Below the pieces are notes generated by a model. That model worked only from the letters and a program-made list of their open reading frames with translations. It made no database searches and was not told the origin of the DNA. From positions 128,001-192,000 of the forward strand of contig CAWHCF010000049.1 of NCBI GenBank assembly GCA_963827655.1: a DNA stretch of 64,000 nucleotides, in the 5' to 3' direction. The DNA comes from an uncultured Acidobacteriota bacterium. Lineage in GTDB: Bacteria > Acidobacteriota > UBA6911. Of the stretch, positions 23,321 through 33,083 are shown one piece after another. Within the stretch, counting starts at the first letter, position 1; the number at the start of each line of letters is the position of its first letter. A program made the position numbers and the translations under genes.

Positions 23321-23619
23321 TTTGTCCTCGGTTGTCTTCTGCAGTTATGACGCGTCTCATCCCCGGACAATAGTGACACTTCAATCGCAATCGACCGCAA
23401 CCGAGAGCTAGCATGCAAGACCTGTTCCAAGATCTTTGAACCTGAGGCCCGTGTAGTCATAACCTATTTGATTCCTATGGTTTGTGCTATTCCCGAGATC
23501 AATATCGCGAACCCGAGATGTCTTCCAGGGTGTGTCGCCTGGGCCACACTCGAAAGTAAAGAAAGGTTTGATTGATGAAAGAACGCGAAGGCGGGGTCAG
23601 GCTGAGCCTGATGTCCAGC

Positions 23620-24075
23620 TCACCCAACTGAACGCTCCTCGAAAAGGTGGGCAATCTCCTCATCCCCCGACTCCCTGGCGTGCTGCGACAGGGCCTTGCC
23701 CCGCGCGTCCGTAGCCTTTGCCAGGGCTGGCGAACGGCCCAACAGCCGGCGAACCCACCGAACGTCCCTCTCGCGAATTGCGAAGAGCATGTCGTCGATC
23801 TCGATCGCTAGTAACCCGCCTAGCCCCCGGAGGTACTCAATTGCCCAGCCTGTGGGCGTGGCACCGAATCGATCGTCCCGCGCATTGATGTCGGCGCCCA
23901 TCTCCTGCAGGAACCTCGCGATCTCCCGATGTCCATTCTCCGTAGCGTAGTGCATGGCGGTCGCCCCTTCGTCGTCTCTCACCTTGGCCAGGGCTGGATC
24001 CGCAGTCAGGAGCGCTCGAACTCGTTCCGTGTTTCCCGATTCGACAGCCGTGAAGAACTCCGTGGTCTTGCTCAT
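23620..24075 (-). CDS. Ankyrin repeat protein
   Basis: GATAMHYATENGH and GADINARD ankyrin motifs. Start taken at MSKTTEF. Confidence 0.8.
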   Translation of the reverse strand: MSKTTEFFTAVESGNTERVRALLTADPALAKVRDDEGATAMHYATENGHREIARFLQEMGADINARDDRFGATPTGWAIEYLRGLGGLLAIEIDDMLFAIRERDVRWVRRLLGRSPALAKATDARGKALSQHARESGDEEIAHLFEERSVG

Positions 24076-24444
24076 GGTTCTAAAATGAGCCTGACGATAT
24101 ACGACCAGACGTTGTTTGTTTCCACTGAATCCAACCCCATCGATAAATCGGAGCTGCATCAGATTCGGGGCAATTTACCAAGCGGCTCTCAAGCCAGGAA
24201 CTACAGAAACAATAAGCAAACGTTCCATCAGTTCGATGAGTCCCAGGTTCCCGTCCGAGTCATGCCATTTCGGGTCCACTCTCATAAAAGCAGTCGAACG
24301 CCCCGGACTCAGCCGCCGCGGTCGGGATCGACGGCAGTGTACCAGTTAGTCAAATGCGCTTCCAATCCCATTCGCTTGCAAAAACGGAGTTGCGTCTTTT
24401 CCGGTTCATGTGATAGAAGTAGCAACTGAGTTCAGGGTAAACCA

Positions 24445-24522
24445 ATGAAGGCAGCGTTTCAGGGATGGTACTGGTACTGGCTCCCGGGATCTGGAGATGC
24501 CCGGGGACTGTCCACTGCCTAA
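24445..24522 (+). CDS. trpL: trp operon leader peptide MKAAFQGWYWYWLPGSGDARGLSTA
   Basis: 25-aa ORF with three clustered TGG codons, about 80 nt upstream of trpE. Confidence 0.85.
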   Translation: MKAAFQGWYWYWLPGSGDARGLSTA

Positions 24523-24550
24523 CCTCTGAAACTAAGAGATCGAAGACGCG

Positions 24551-24590
24551 GCCGTGGACGACCTAGAGGCGTTCACGGCTTTTTTGTTTT
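24551..24590 (+). terminator. trp attenuator terminator
   Basis: Stem GCCGTGGACG (24551-60) pairs with CGTTCACGGC (24570-79) and is followed by TTTTTTGTTTT. GTCCAC at 24510-15 can pair with GTGGAC as an antiterminator. Confidence 0.85.
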
Positions 24591-24602
24591 CATTAGGTCG
24601 AG

Positions 24603-26087
24603 ATGATTCAACCGTCGCTGGAGGAAGTCGAAGAGTTAGCGGCTCGGTATACAGTAATCCCGGTACGCCGGGATATCCTGGGAGACCTTCTGACTCCTGC
24701 CGCAGCGTTTCTTCGGGTAAATCAAGGGCGCAGGCGGGTATTCCTGCTCGAAAGCGTGGAAGGCGGGGAGCGTCTGGCCCGGTACTCCTTCGTGGGGTGG
24801 GATCCTTTTCTGGTAGTCCGGGCCAAAGGAGATTCACTCACTTTGGAGGAGATGGGTGAGACCGCGCGGGAGACAGGGAAACCGCTTGAAAAACTTCGCG
24901 CCCTGGCCAGGCAGTTCAGGCCCGCCACCTTTCAGGATCTTCCTCCCTTCGCCGGGGGGGGCGTCGGGTATTTCGCTTATGACCTTGTCCGGCAATTTGA
25001 AAGGCTGCCGTCGATCACACCGGACGAGCTGCAACTGGACGACCTCCACATCATGTATTTCTCGACGATTCTCGCCTTCGATCACCTGAGACACCGAATT
25101 CACATTATCGCCAATATCTTCCCCAACCGGGGCAGGCAGAGTCTGCAAGCCAAGTATCAGGACGCATTGCTGCGTCTCAACCAGATTGAAACGCGGCTGA
25201 CGGCACCCATTTCACTCCCGGCTCCACTCGCTGCGAGCCGGATTCCGGACCCGGCTTCGAATCTCACCGAAGATCAATACGACGCGAATGTCGAGAAGGC
25301 GAAGGACTACATCCAGGCCGGAGATATCTTCCAGGTGGTTCTGTCTCAGCGCCTCGCGATGCCTATCGAATGTGAGCCTTTTGATATTTACCGGGCTTTA
25401 AGATTCATCAACCCCTCGCCCTACATGTTCTTTCTCCGGATGGACGATCTCTACCTTGCGGGCGCCTCTCCTGAAATGCTGGTGAAGGTGCGAGACGGGA
25501 AGGTTGAATACGGACCGATCGCGGGCACGCGGCCCCGGGGAAAGACGCCGCAAGAGGATGCTCGCCTGGCAGAGGAACTTGTCCGGGACGTGAAAGAGCG
25601 GGCCGAGCATATCATGCTGGTCGATTTGGGACGCAACGATCTAGGGCGGGTATGCAAGTTCGGAACGGTCAAGGTCACGGATCTGATGCGCACGGAAAAG
25701 TATAGCCATGTGATGCACCTCGTCAGCAGTGTAGAGGGGCAGCTGCCGGATGGATTGGATAGCTTTCACGCGCTCGAGGCGTGTCTCCCGGCAGGGACCG
25801 TGTCGGGCGCCCCTAAGGTGAGGGCTATGGAAATCATTGAAGAATTGGAGCCGTGCCGACGGGGAGTTTACGGCGGGTCGGTAGGGTATGTGGATTTCTC
25901 AGGTAACCTCGATACCTGTATCGCGCTGCGCACCCTGGTCATCAAGGACGGCACGGCCTACATCCAGGCGGGTGGCGGCATTGTCGCCGACTCTGATCCG
26001 GTGCTCGAGCGCGAGGAATCCTGGAATAAGGCGAAGGCGCTGATCCGGGCCGTGAAATTCGCCCATGAAGGGCTGAAGATGAATTGA
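24603..26087 (+). CDS. trpE: Anthranilate synthase component I
   Basis: [41 protein letters not shown]. Confidence 0.95.
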   Translation: MIQPSLEEVEELAARYTVIPVRRDILGDLLTPAAAFLRVNQGRRRVFLLESVEGGERLARYSFVGWDPFLVVRAKGDSLTLEEMGETARETGKPLEKLRALARQFRPATFQDLPPFAGGGVGYFAYDLVRQFERLPSITPDELQLDDLHIMYFSTILAFDHLRHRIHIIANIFPNRGRQSLQAKYQDALLRLNQIETRLTAPISLPAPLAASRIPDPASNLTEDQYDANVEKAKDYIQAGDIFQVVLSQRLAMPIECEPFDIYRALRFINPSPYMFFLRMDDLYLAGASPEMLVKVRDGKVEYGPIAGTRPRGKTPQEDARLAEELVRDVKERAEHIMLVDLGRNDLGRVCKFGTVKVTDLMRTEKYSHVMHLVSSVEGQLPDGLDSFHALEACLPAGTVSGAPKVRAMEIIEELEPCRRGVYGGSVGYVDFSGNLDTCIALRTLVIKDGTAYIQAGGGIVADSDPVLEREESWNKAKALIRAVKFAHEGLKMN

Positions 26088-26352
26088 CGATTGACGATTT
26101 ACGATTGACGATTTAACGAGTACGGGAGATTCGTCAATCGTCGATAGGGTATACGAGGATCGCTAGCGTAGCCTGCAAGCGCTAGGTTTGTGGAACGGCG
26201 CGGAAAATTGGCAGCTGGCGCGGACAATGTCAAGGGTAGTCGTGAAATGCGGCACATGGATCAATTGAGAATGGCGAATCGAATCGTCAATCGTCAATCG
26301 TCAATCGTCAATCGAGAAGGTGTTTCAATCGTCAATCGTCAATCGTCAATCG
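26082..26352. repeat. Heptamer palindromic element, family A, with a ~140-nt internal segment
   Basis: 4 units of TTGACGA/TTTACGA from 26084 (supplying the trpE TGA), then TCGTCAA runs at 26131, 26284-26311 and 26329-26349 just before the trpG ATG. Confidence 0.95.
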
Positions 26353-26354
26353 AA

Positions 26355-26918
26355 ATGATTCTCGTCATCGATAACTACGATTCTTTCACCTTCAATCTCG
26401 TCCAATACCTTGGGGAGATGGGACAGGAGTTGAAGGTATTTCGGAACGACGCTCTCACTGTCAATGATATCGAAGCGATGCATCCCGATCGTATCGTGAT
26501 TTCGCCCGGACCGGGTCGTCCGGAGAATTCGGGTATAGTGGTGGAAGCCATAAAGAGAATGGCCGGCAAGATTCCTATCCTGGGAGTATGTCTTGGACAC
26601 CAGGCGATCGGGGCGGCTTTTGGAGGACAAGTGATACGGGCTCCGTCCATCATGCATGGCAAGACGAGCCAGGTATTCCATGACGGCCGAACTATTTTCG
26701 CCGGGTTAAAGAACCCCTTTACCGCCACCCGCTATCATTCTCTGGTGGTTTCGCCCGAAGGGCTACCGGATTGCCTGGAGGTGGCTGCCCGAACTGACGA
26801 TAGTGTGATCATGGGATTGAGGCATCGGAGATTTCCGGTGGAGGGCGTGCAGTTTCATCCGGAATCGATACTGACTGAGGAAGGGAAGAAATTGCTGTCG
26901 AATTTTGTCGCCGGCTGA
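26355..26918 (+). CDS. trpG: Anthranilate synthase component II (glutamine amidotransferase)
   Basis: [30 protein letters not shown]. True start is 26355. Confidence 0.95.
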   Translation: MILVIDNYDSFTFNLVQYLGEMGQELKVFRNDALTVNDIEAMHPDRIVISPGPGRPENSGIVVEAIKRMAGKIPILGVCLGHQAIGAAFGGQVIRAPSIMHGKTSQVFHDGRTIFAGLKNPFTATRYHSLVVSPEGLPDCLEVAARTDDSVIMGLRHRRFPVEGVQFHPESILTEEGKKLLSNFVAG

Positions 26919-26952
26919 ACGGCGCCTGTAAGAGGAGCGAAAGCCCGGATTC

Positions 26953-27804
26953 ATGATTAACTCAGGGAAGATCTTAGGTTACGAAGTGCCTCAAGCCATA
27001 AAAGGGACGATTCTGGAGCAGATCGTCGAGACCAAGCTTCACGAAATCGTGGGAGCGAAGCAGAAGTTTCCTGCGGCTTCGCTCCGAATGGCGATGGACC
27101 GTGCTCCCGTAGTCCGTTCATTCAGGAAGTCGATTCTGCGAAGTTCGCCGGCGCTGATCGCCGAGATCAAGAGGCGATCACCCTCGGCAGGAATCCTCCG
27201 CCGGGACTTTGATCCGGCGGGAATCGCGCGGGAGTATGAGGACTCAGGCGCCGCTGCGATTTCTGTCGTCACGGAAGTAAAGCATTTTTCCGGTGGGCTT
27301 GAAATTCTGGCGATGCTGCGTTGGCAATGCAAGATTCCGCTGCTCCGGAAGGATTTTCTGCTCGACCCTTACCAGATCCTGGAGGCGCGCCACGCCGGTG
27401 CCGATGCCGTGCTCTTGATCGCGGCGCTTCTGGACGCCTCGTCCTTGCGCAAGATGCGAGAGGAGGCGGAAGGCATCGGCATGGAAGCATTGGTTGAGGT
27501 ACACGATGAAATTGAGCTGGATCGAGCGCTGGAATCGGGTGCCGTGCTGATTGGTGTGAACAATCGCGACCTTCGCACCTTCGAGGTTTCACTCGAAACT
27601 TGTTTCAGGCTGGCCGGGCGCTTGCCCGGTAACGCCGTTCCCGTGGCTGAGAGCGGAATCCGCAGCGCCGACGATGTCCAGCGGCTGATGGATGCCGGAT
27701 ACAGGGGGTTTCTGATAGGGGAGCAGCTCTTGCGGGCACCTTCGCCCGGGGCCGCTCTTTCGAAATTGTTTCCAAGGTCCGCCGCAAGCCGGAGAGCTTC
27801 GTGA
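26953..27804 (+). CDS. trpC: Indole-3-glycerol phosphate synthase
   Basis: IAEIKRRSPS, LRKDF, GVNNRDL, AESGI. Confidence 0.95.
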   Translation: MINSGKILGYEVPQAIKGTILEQIVETKLHEIVGAKQKFPAASLRMAMDRAPVVRSFRKSILRSSPALIAEIKRRSPSAGILRRDFDPAGIAREYEDSGAAAISVVTEVKHFSGGLEILAMLRWQCKIPLLRKDFLLDPYQILEARHAGADAVLLIAALLDASSLRKMREEAEGIGMEALVEVHDEIELDRALESGAVLIGVNNRDLRTFEVSLETCFRLAGRLPGNAVPVAESGIRSADDVQRLMDAGYRGFLIGEQLLRAPSPGAALSKLFPRSAASRRAS

Positions 27805-28427
27805 AAGTCAAGGTCTGCGGGATAACCAGCTATAGCGATGCCGCATTCGCCCTTGATCAGGGCGTTGACGCCCTGGGTTTCAATTTTTACCCACGGAGCC
27901 TGCGCTACATAGATCCGGCCAAGGCTCGCTCGATAATCGGGCGCCTGCCCCCTTTTGCTACCACGGTCGGACTGTTTGTCAACGAAGAGAATCCCGAAGC
28001 GGTGTGCGAGGCGGCGCGCCAGGCCGCGGTCAAGGTCTTACAGTTTCACGGCGACGAATCACCATCCTACTGCCGTTATTTCGCATCCTGGCCCCTGATC
28101 AAAGCCCTGCGGCTGGATCGGGCATCCGTCGCGAGCGAACTGCGCGAATACCCGGTCCATGCCTTCCTGCTCGATTCCAGAGATGATGCTCTTTTCGGAG
28201 GGACTGGCAAAACGTTCGATTGGTCCCTGGCCGAGCTAGTCAAGGGGATTCGGCCCATTGTCCTGGCGGGCGGCTTGAAACCCGAGAATGTGGGCGAAGC
28301 TATTCGGGAGGTCCAGCCTTACGGCGTAGATGTGTGCAGCGGCGTGGAGAGCGCTCCGGGGAAAAAAGACGCCGGAAGATTGATCGACTTCATGAACGAG
28401 GTAAGAAATGCAGTCAAAAGTCCATGA
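27801..28427 (+). CDS. trpF: Phosphoribosylanthranilate isomerase
   Basis: [35 protein letters not shown]. Confidence 0.95.
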   Translation: MKVKVCGITSYSDAAFALDQGVDALGFNFYPRSLRYIDPAKARSIIGRLPPFATTVGLFVNEENPEAVCEAARQAAVKVLQFHGDESPSYCRYFASWPLIKALRLDRASVASELREYPVHAFLLDSRDDALFGGTGKTFDWSLAELVKGIRPIVLAGGLKPENVGEAIREVQPYGVDVCSGVESAPGKKDAGRLIDFMNEVRNAVKSP

Positions 28428-29664
28428 CCACATGGTTTCGCCGGGTCCTGATGCCCGCGGGCGCTACGGTCCTTATGGAGGAAGGTTTGTTCCCGAAACT
28501 CTCATGGGGCCGCTTCAGGAGCTGGAAGAGGCCTATGCGAAGGCAAGGGAGGATCCATCGTTTCAGGCCGAGCTGGAAGCGCTATTTCGTACCTACTCGG
28601 GACGGCCGACGCCCCTCACCTTTGCCCGCCGCCTCTCGCAGCACCTGGGCCGCGGTCGAATCTATCTCAAGCGTGAAGACCTGAACCATACCGGGGCTCA
28701 CAAGATCAACAATGCCCTGGGCCAGATCCTTCTCGCCCGCCGCATGGGAAAGACTCGCATCATTGCGGAGACCGGCGCCGGTCAGCACGGGGTTGCTACG
28801 GCAACGGTAAGCGCGCTCTTCGGCATGGAGTGTGAAATCTACATGGGGACGGAGGACATGCGCCGCCAGGCGTTGAACGTCTTCCGCATGCGCCTCCTGG
28901 GAGCAAAGGTAACTCCGGTTCATTCCGGCAGCCGGACCCTGAAGGACGCCATCAATGAGGCGATGCGGGATTGGGTGACCCATGTGGCGCGCACTCATTA
29001 CCTGCTTGGTTCGGTTCTGGGCGCTCACCCATACCCGTGGATGGTTCGAGATTTCCAGTCGGTCATCGGCAAGGAGACACGCAAGCAGATCCTGCATGAA
29101 GAACAGAGGCTCCCCGACCTCTTGCTGGCCTGCGTTGGAGGAGGGAGCAACTCGATCGGACTCTTTTACGACTTCCTGGGCGAACCCGGCGTGCGCATGG
29201 TCGGGGTCGAGGCCGGCGGCCGCGGCCCGGCCCTGGGAGATCACGCGGCGCGCTTCTCCGCTGCCAGGACCGGAGTCCTCCAGGGTACATTGAGCTATGT
29301 CCTGCAGGACGAAAACGGGCAGATTGCCGGCACCCACTCCATTTCCGCGGGGCTCGATTACCCGAGCGTGGGGCCGGAACATGCTTACCTCCATGACATC
29401 GGCAGGGTCGAGTACACATCGGTTACCGACGAACAGGCACTCGAGGCATTTCAACTTTTAAGCCGGCTGGAAGGGATCATTCCCGCCCTCGAGAGCGCTC
29501 ACGCTATTGCGGAGCTGGTACGGCTTCGAGACACGCTGGAAAAAGACGCAGTGGTGGTGGTCAACCTTTCAGGCCGCGGCGACAAGGATGTCAGTCAGGT
29601 CGCCGAGCTTCTGTCGATTGCGGATTGCGGATTGAACAACAAGGAATCGCGGACTGCGGATTAG
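28408..29664 (+). CDS. trpB: Tryptophan synthase beta chain
   Basis: [35 protein letters not shown]. The C-terminal tail is repeat-derived. Confidence 0.96.
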   Translation: MQSKVHDHMVSPGPDARGRYGPYGGRFVPETLMGPLQELEEAYAKAREDPSFQAELEALFRTYSGRPTPLTFARRLSQHLGRGRIYLKREDLNHTGAHKINNALGQILLARRMGKTRIIAETGAGQHGVATATVSALFGMECEIYMGTEDMRRQALNVFRMRLLGAKVTPVHSGSRTLKDAINEAMRDWVTHVARTHYLLGSVLGAHPYPWMVRDFQSVIGKETRKQILHEEQRLPDLLLACVGGGSNSIGLFYDFLGEPGVRMVGVEAGGRGPALGDHAARFSAARTGVLQGTLSYVLQDENGQIAGTHSISAGLDYPSVGPEHAYLHDIGRVEYTSVTDEQALEAFQLLSRLEGIIPALESAHAIAELVRLRDTLEKDAVVVVNLSGRGDKDVSQVAELLSIADCGLNNKESRTAD

Positions 29665-29723
29665 GCGCCAGTCGCTACCGATTTTATTTCAATCCGCAAT
29701 CTGAAATCCGCAATCCGCAATCG
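29615..29723. repeat. Heptamer palindromic element, family B (GATTGCG / CGCAATC)
   Basis: CGATTGCGGATTGCGGATTGAA inside the trpB 3' end pairs with TTCAATCCGCAATCTGAAATCCGCAATCCGCAATCG. Confidence 0.9.
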
Positions 29724-29737
29724 AGAAACGGACCACT

Positions 29738-30538
29738 TTGATGCGAGCCATCGGTCGAAAATTCGAGGAACTCAAAAATAACGGGAAGAAAGCCTTTATT
29801 CCGTTCATCACCGCGGGCGATCCCGATCTCGAAACTACCGTCCGGTTGGTCCTCGAGCTGGAGCGCGCCGGGTCGCACGTGGTAGAGCTGGGGATTCCGT
29901 TTTCCGATCCGCTCGCGGACGGGCCGACGATCCAGCGCTCCTCAGAGCGGGCGCTGCGCCATGGGTATGGCCTTGCGGACTACCTGCAGGCGGTAACAAG
30001 CATCCGGCGCCACACCTCGATCCCGCTGGTTCTCTTCAGCTATTTCAACCCAATCCTTCAATACAGCTTGGAGCGGCTCGCAAGCGACGCGCGGGCCGCC
30101 GGAGTGGATGGCATTCTGGTTACGGATATGACTCCCGAGGAGGCGGACGATTACTGTTCCGTTCTGGAGCGGCACGAACTCGATCCGATATTCCTGGTTG
30201 CTCCTACCAGCAGCGCCGAGCGGGTCGGCCGCATCGTGCAGCGCGCCCGCGGATTTGTCTATCTGATCTCACGCACGGGCGTGACCGGCGAGCGGGAGAA
30301 TTTTTCGGAATCGGTTGCTCCCACTCTGCGCCGCGTGAGAGAGCGCACCGGGCTTCCGGTCGCGGTCGGATTCGGCATCTCCACTCCCGAGCAGGTGAGG
30401 GCCGTGTGGGACGTCGCCGAGGGTGCAGTCGTGGGTAGCGCGATCGTAGCTCGAATAGAGAAGCTGGCGGGATCAAGCCAACTGCCGGCTCAGGTGGGAG
30501 AATTCTGCAGGTGGCTGACAGAGGCGCGGAATGGCTAA
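29738..30538 (+). CDS. trpA: Tryptophan synthase alpha chain
   Basis: FITAGDP, ELGIPFSDPLADGPTIQ, VGFGIS. Confidence 0.96.
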   Translation: MMRAIGRKFEELKNNGKKAFIPFITAGDPDLETTVRLVLELERAGSHVVELGIPFSDPLADGPTIQRSSERALRHGYGLADYLQAVTSIRRHTSIPLVLFSYFNPILQYSLERLASDARAAGVDGILVTDMTPEEADDYCSVLERHELDPIFLVAPTSSAERVGRIVQRARGFVYLISRTGVTGERENFSESVAPTLRRVRERTGLPVAVGFGISTPEQVRAVWDVAEGAVVGSAIVARIEKLAGSSQLPAQVGEFCRWLTEARNG

Positions 30539-30854
30539 ATCCGAAAAGCAGCCGGAGATCAGCGATTGGCGCAGTCGAATCGATGAGCTGGACCTGGATC
30601 TGGTTCGAATGCTGAATGAGCGGGCGCGCTGCGCAATCGAGATCGGAAGAATCAAGCGGAAAAGGAAGATGCCGATTTACGACCCGAGACGGGAGGAAGA
30701 AATCATCCGAATGGTGGTCGAGCACAATCCGGGACCACTCGACAGCGAGGGGATCCGTCGTTTGTTCGAGCGCATCATCGATGAATCGCGGCGCATCGAA
30801 CGAGTCACTGCGGACTCGACCACCAAGACGCAAAGACACCAAGACTCAGAGTGA
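30531..30854 (+). CDS. Chorismate mutase (AroQ type)
   Basis: RSRIDELD..LNERA..IGRIK, IYDPRRE. Confidence 0.88.
   Translation: MAKSEKQPEISDWRSRIDELDLDLVRMLNERARCAIEIGRIKRKRKMPIYDPRREEEIIRMVVEHNPGPLDSEGIRRLFERIIDESRRIERVTADSTTKTQRHQDSE
30819..30850 (+). repeat. Family E repeat inside the chorismate mutase 3' end
   Basis: ACCACCAAG-ACGCAAAG-ACACCAAG-ACTCAGA. Confidence 0.8.
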
Positions 30855-30904
30855 AACTCTTTGCTGACGCCCTCGGCGTCTGTGCGGCAGTCAAGCGAAA
30901 GGAA

Positions 30905-32002
30905 ATGGCAATGGTCATCGTCATGCAGCGAGGCGCAACCGAGAATCAGATCCAGCAAGTGATCGACCGGTTGATCGGAGATGGTTTCGACGTCCATCGG
31001 TCGACCGGAGTTGAGCGGACGGTCCTTGGCGTTGTCGGAGGAAAGATCGTCGACACGCGAGACTACGAGCTTCTGGATGGGGTAAAGGAGGTCGTACGGA
31101 TCACTCAACCGTACAAGCTGTCGAGCCGCACCTTCAGACTGGAAGGGACCGTCGTGGACGTGGGCGGGATCAGAATCGGGGGCGATGATGTCGTTGTCAT
31201 GGCCGGTCCGTGCACGGTCGAAAGTCAAGAGCAGGTCGAGGCCGCAGCGGAAGCGGTGCGGAAGTCGGGCGTCAAGATCATGCGCGGCGGGGCCTTCAAG
31301 CCGCGCACTTCGCCCCATAGCTTCCAGGGGATGGGCGAGCAAGGTCTCAAGCTGCTGCACGCGGCGGCGCGCCGCCAGGGAATGTATGTGGTCTCGGAGG
31401 TCATGGATCATACTCAAATTCCGATGTTCCTCGAGTATGCCGACATACTGCAGGTGGGCGCCAGAAACATGCAAAATTTCAACCTGCTCAAGGAACTGGG
31501 AAAGGTCCGGAAACCGGTTCTGTTGAAGCGAGGAATGTCGGCGACCATTGAGGAGCTTCTCCTGGCCGCGGAATACATCATGACCGGGGGTAACCACGCG
31601 GTTATCCTGTGCGAACGGGGTATTCGCACCTTCGAGAGTTCGACGCGCAACACCCTGGATCTCTCCGCCATACCCGTGGTGAAAAAGCTGAGTCACCTCC
31701 CCATAATTGTCGATCCGAGCCACGGGACCGGACGCAGGGACAAGGTCGCGCCCATGGCGCGGGCCGCAGTGGCAGCGGGAGCCGACGGGCTATTGATCGA
31801 GGTTCATCCCGATCCCGACAAGGCTCTGTGCGACGGCGCCCAGTCGCTGCTTCCGGAGCAGTTCGGCCATCTGATGGACGAACTGCATCTGATCGCCTCG
31901 GCCGTCGGGCGTTCACTTGATGGCTACCAGGGGCAGTCTAACCATCTACGTCATCAGTCATTGGTCATTGGTCATTTGTCATTTGCTACGAACGACCAAT
32001 GA
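30905..32002 (+). CDS. aroF: DAHP synthase class I-beta with N-terminal regulatory domain
   Basis: AGPCTVES, RGGAFKPRTSP, QVGARNMQN, LLKRG, DPSH. Confidence 0.92.
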   Translation: MAMVIVMQRGATENQIQQVIDRLIGDGFDVHRSTGVERTVLGVVGGKIVDTRDYELLDGVKEVVRITQPYKLSSRTFRLEGTVVDVGGIRIGGDDVVVMAGPCTVESQEQVEAAAEAVRKSGVKIMRGGAFKPRTSPHSFQGMGEQGLKLLHAAARRQGMYVVSEVMDHTQIPMFLEYADILQVGARNMQNFNLLKELGKVRKPVLLKRGMSATIEELLLAAEYIMTGGNHAVILCERGIRTFESSTRNTLDLSAIPVVKKLSHLPIIVDPSHGTGRRDKVAPMARAAVAAGADGLLIEVHPDPDKALCDGAQSLLPEQFGHLMDELHLIASAVGRSLDGYQGQSNHLRHQSLVIGHLSFATNDQ

Positions 32003-32038
32003 CCAATGACCAATGACAAATGACCAATGACCAATGAC
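31950..32038. repeat. Heptamer palindromic element, family C (GTCATTG / AATGACC)
   Basis: GTCATCA-GTCATTG-GTCATTG-GTCATTT-GTCATTT, then about 6 units of AATGACC/AATGACA. Confidence 0.93.
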
Positions 32039-32914
32039 GTCATACCGTTCCGCAGAGTGGCAATTCACGGAGTCGGGCTCATAGGCGGGTCTCTCGGCAT
32101 GGCTCTCAAGCGATGCGATGCTCGCGTGAATATCCGAGGCATAGGACGGGACGCGGCGCGCCTGGAACGGGCCCGTCAGCTGGGAGCGATCGACGAATAC
32201 CGTACGGACTTGAACGGCGTTTCGGACGTCGACCTTGTCGTTCTTGCCACTCCCGTCGAACACATACTCGAGACCCTGGGGGCCATAGGTCAGCATCTCT
32301 CGGAGGGAACGCTCGTCACCGACGTCGGCAGCACCAAGCGGAAGATCGGTAGCAAGGCCGAGGATTGCCTGCCCGCCGCCATCGAATTCATCGGAGGTCA
32401 TCCGATTGCCGGAAGGGAGCGCGGCGGGGTGGAGAATAGCGTGCCCGATTTGTTCGAGCGTGCGCCCTATGTTCTCTGCCCAGGTTCTCGAGAGCGTTCT
32501 CGAAGCCTGGAGAAGCTGGTGCAAACCGTGAAGGCAATTGGCGCCGAACCGGCTGTTATTTCGGTTGAAGAGCATGATCGAATTCTGGCCTGGAGCAGTC
32601 ACTTGCCGCAGATTCTCTCGACGGTCCTGGCCAGTCTAGGTCTCGAGCAGGAGACGCGCGGATACCCGCTGGTCCGGCTTTCGGGCACGGGTTTCAGAGA
32701 TGTCCTGCGTCTGGCGGGGAGCCCGTACTCCGTTTGGGAAGGGATTCTGGAGAGCAATGCCGATAACATCGAGCACGCGCTAGGGGAATTCATCCAGCAC
32801 CTGGAGCGGGTCCGCACCGGGCTGAAACAGGAGAGCCTCTCGGCCGATTTTGGCCGCGCCGTTGAGTTTTATGGCCGCCTGCGAGACTCGAAGAAGCCTT
32901 CGAACGGCGAGTGA
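32027..32914 (+). CDS. tyrA: Prephenate dehydrogenase
   Basis: GVGLIGGS, TDVGSTK, GGHPIAG, HD..SHLPQ, GFRD. Confidence 0.92.
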   Translation: MTNDVIPFRRVAIHGVGLIGGSLGMALKRCDARVNIRGIGRDAARLERARQLGAIDEYRTDLNGVSDVDLVVLATPVEHILETLGAIGQHLSEGTLVTDVGSTKRKIGSKAEDCLPAAIEFIGGHPIAGRERGGVENSVPDLFERAPYVLCPGSRERSRSLEKLVQTVKAIGAEPAVISVEEHDRILAWSSHLPQILSTVLASLGLEQETRGYPLVRLSGTGFRDVLRLAGSPYSVWEGILESNADNIEHALGEFIQHLERVRTGLKQESLSADFGRAVEFYGRLRDSKKPSNGE

Positions 32915-32970
32915 CGACGGTGGATACCCGATCGTAGCTGGCCATTCGGCTTAGCGCTGAAAACAAAGCC

Positions 32971-33071
32971 ACCACGAAGACGCCAAGAAACACCAAGGGC
33001 GTTATGCCAACCAGAGATTCGGCAGCGATACCGAGCGAGTACCGTCTTTGCGTCTTAGCGTCTTTGAGGTT
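32971..33071. repeat. Inverted pair of family E repeats between convergent tyrA and rho
   Basis: ACCACGAAG-ACGCCAAG-AAACACCAAG at 32971-97 and CTTTGCGTCTTAGCGTCTTTGAGGTT at 33046-71. Confidence 0.8.
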
Positions 33072-33083
33072 AGAGCGGTATTC

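Noticed and set aside
26190-26354. N-terminal extensions in the ORF track (trpG MERRGK..IVNRQSS; similarly 47849 PQSAIRN and murB MKSNLKYST)
   Set aside because: These are translations of repeat arms. Homology-consistent starts are 26355, 47954 and 59748.
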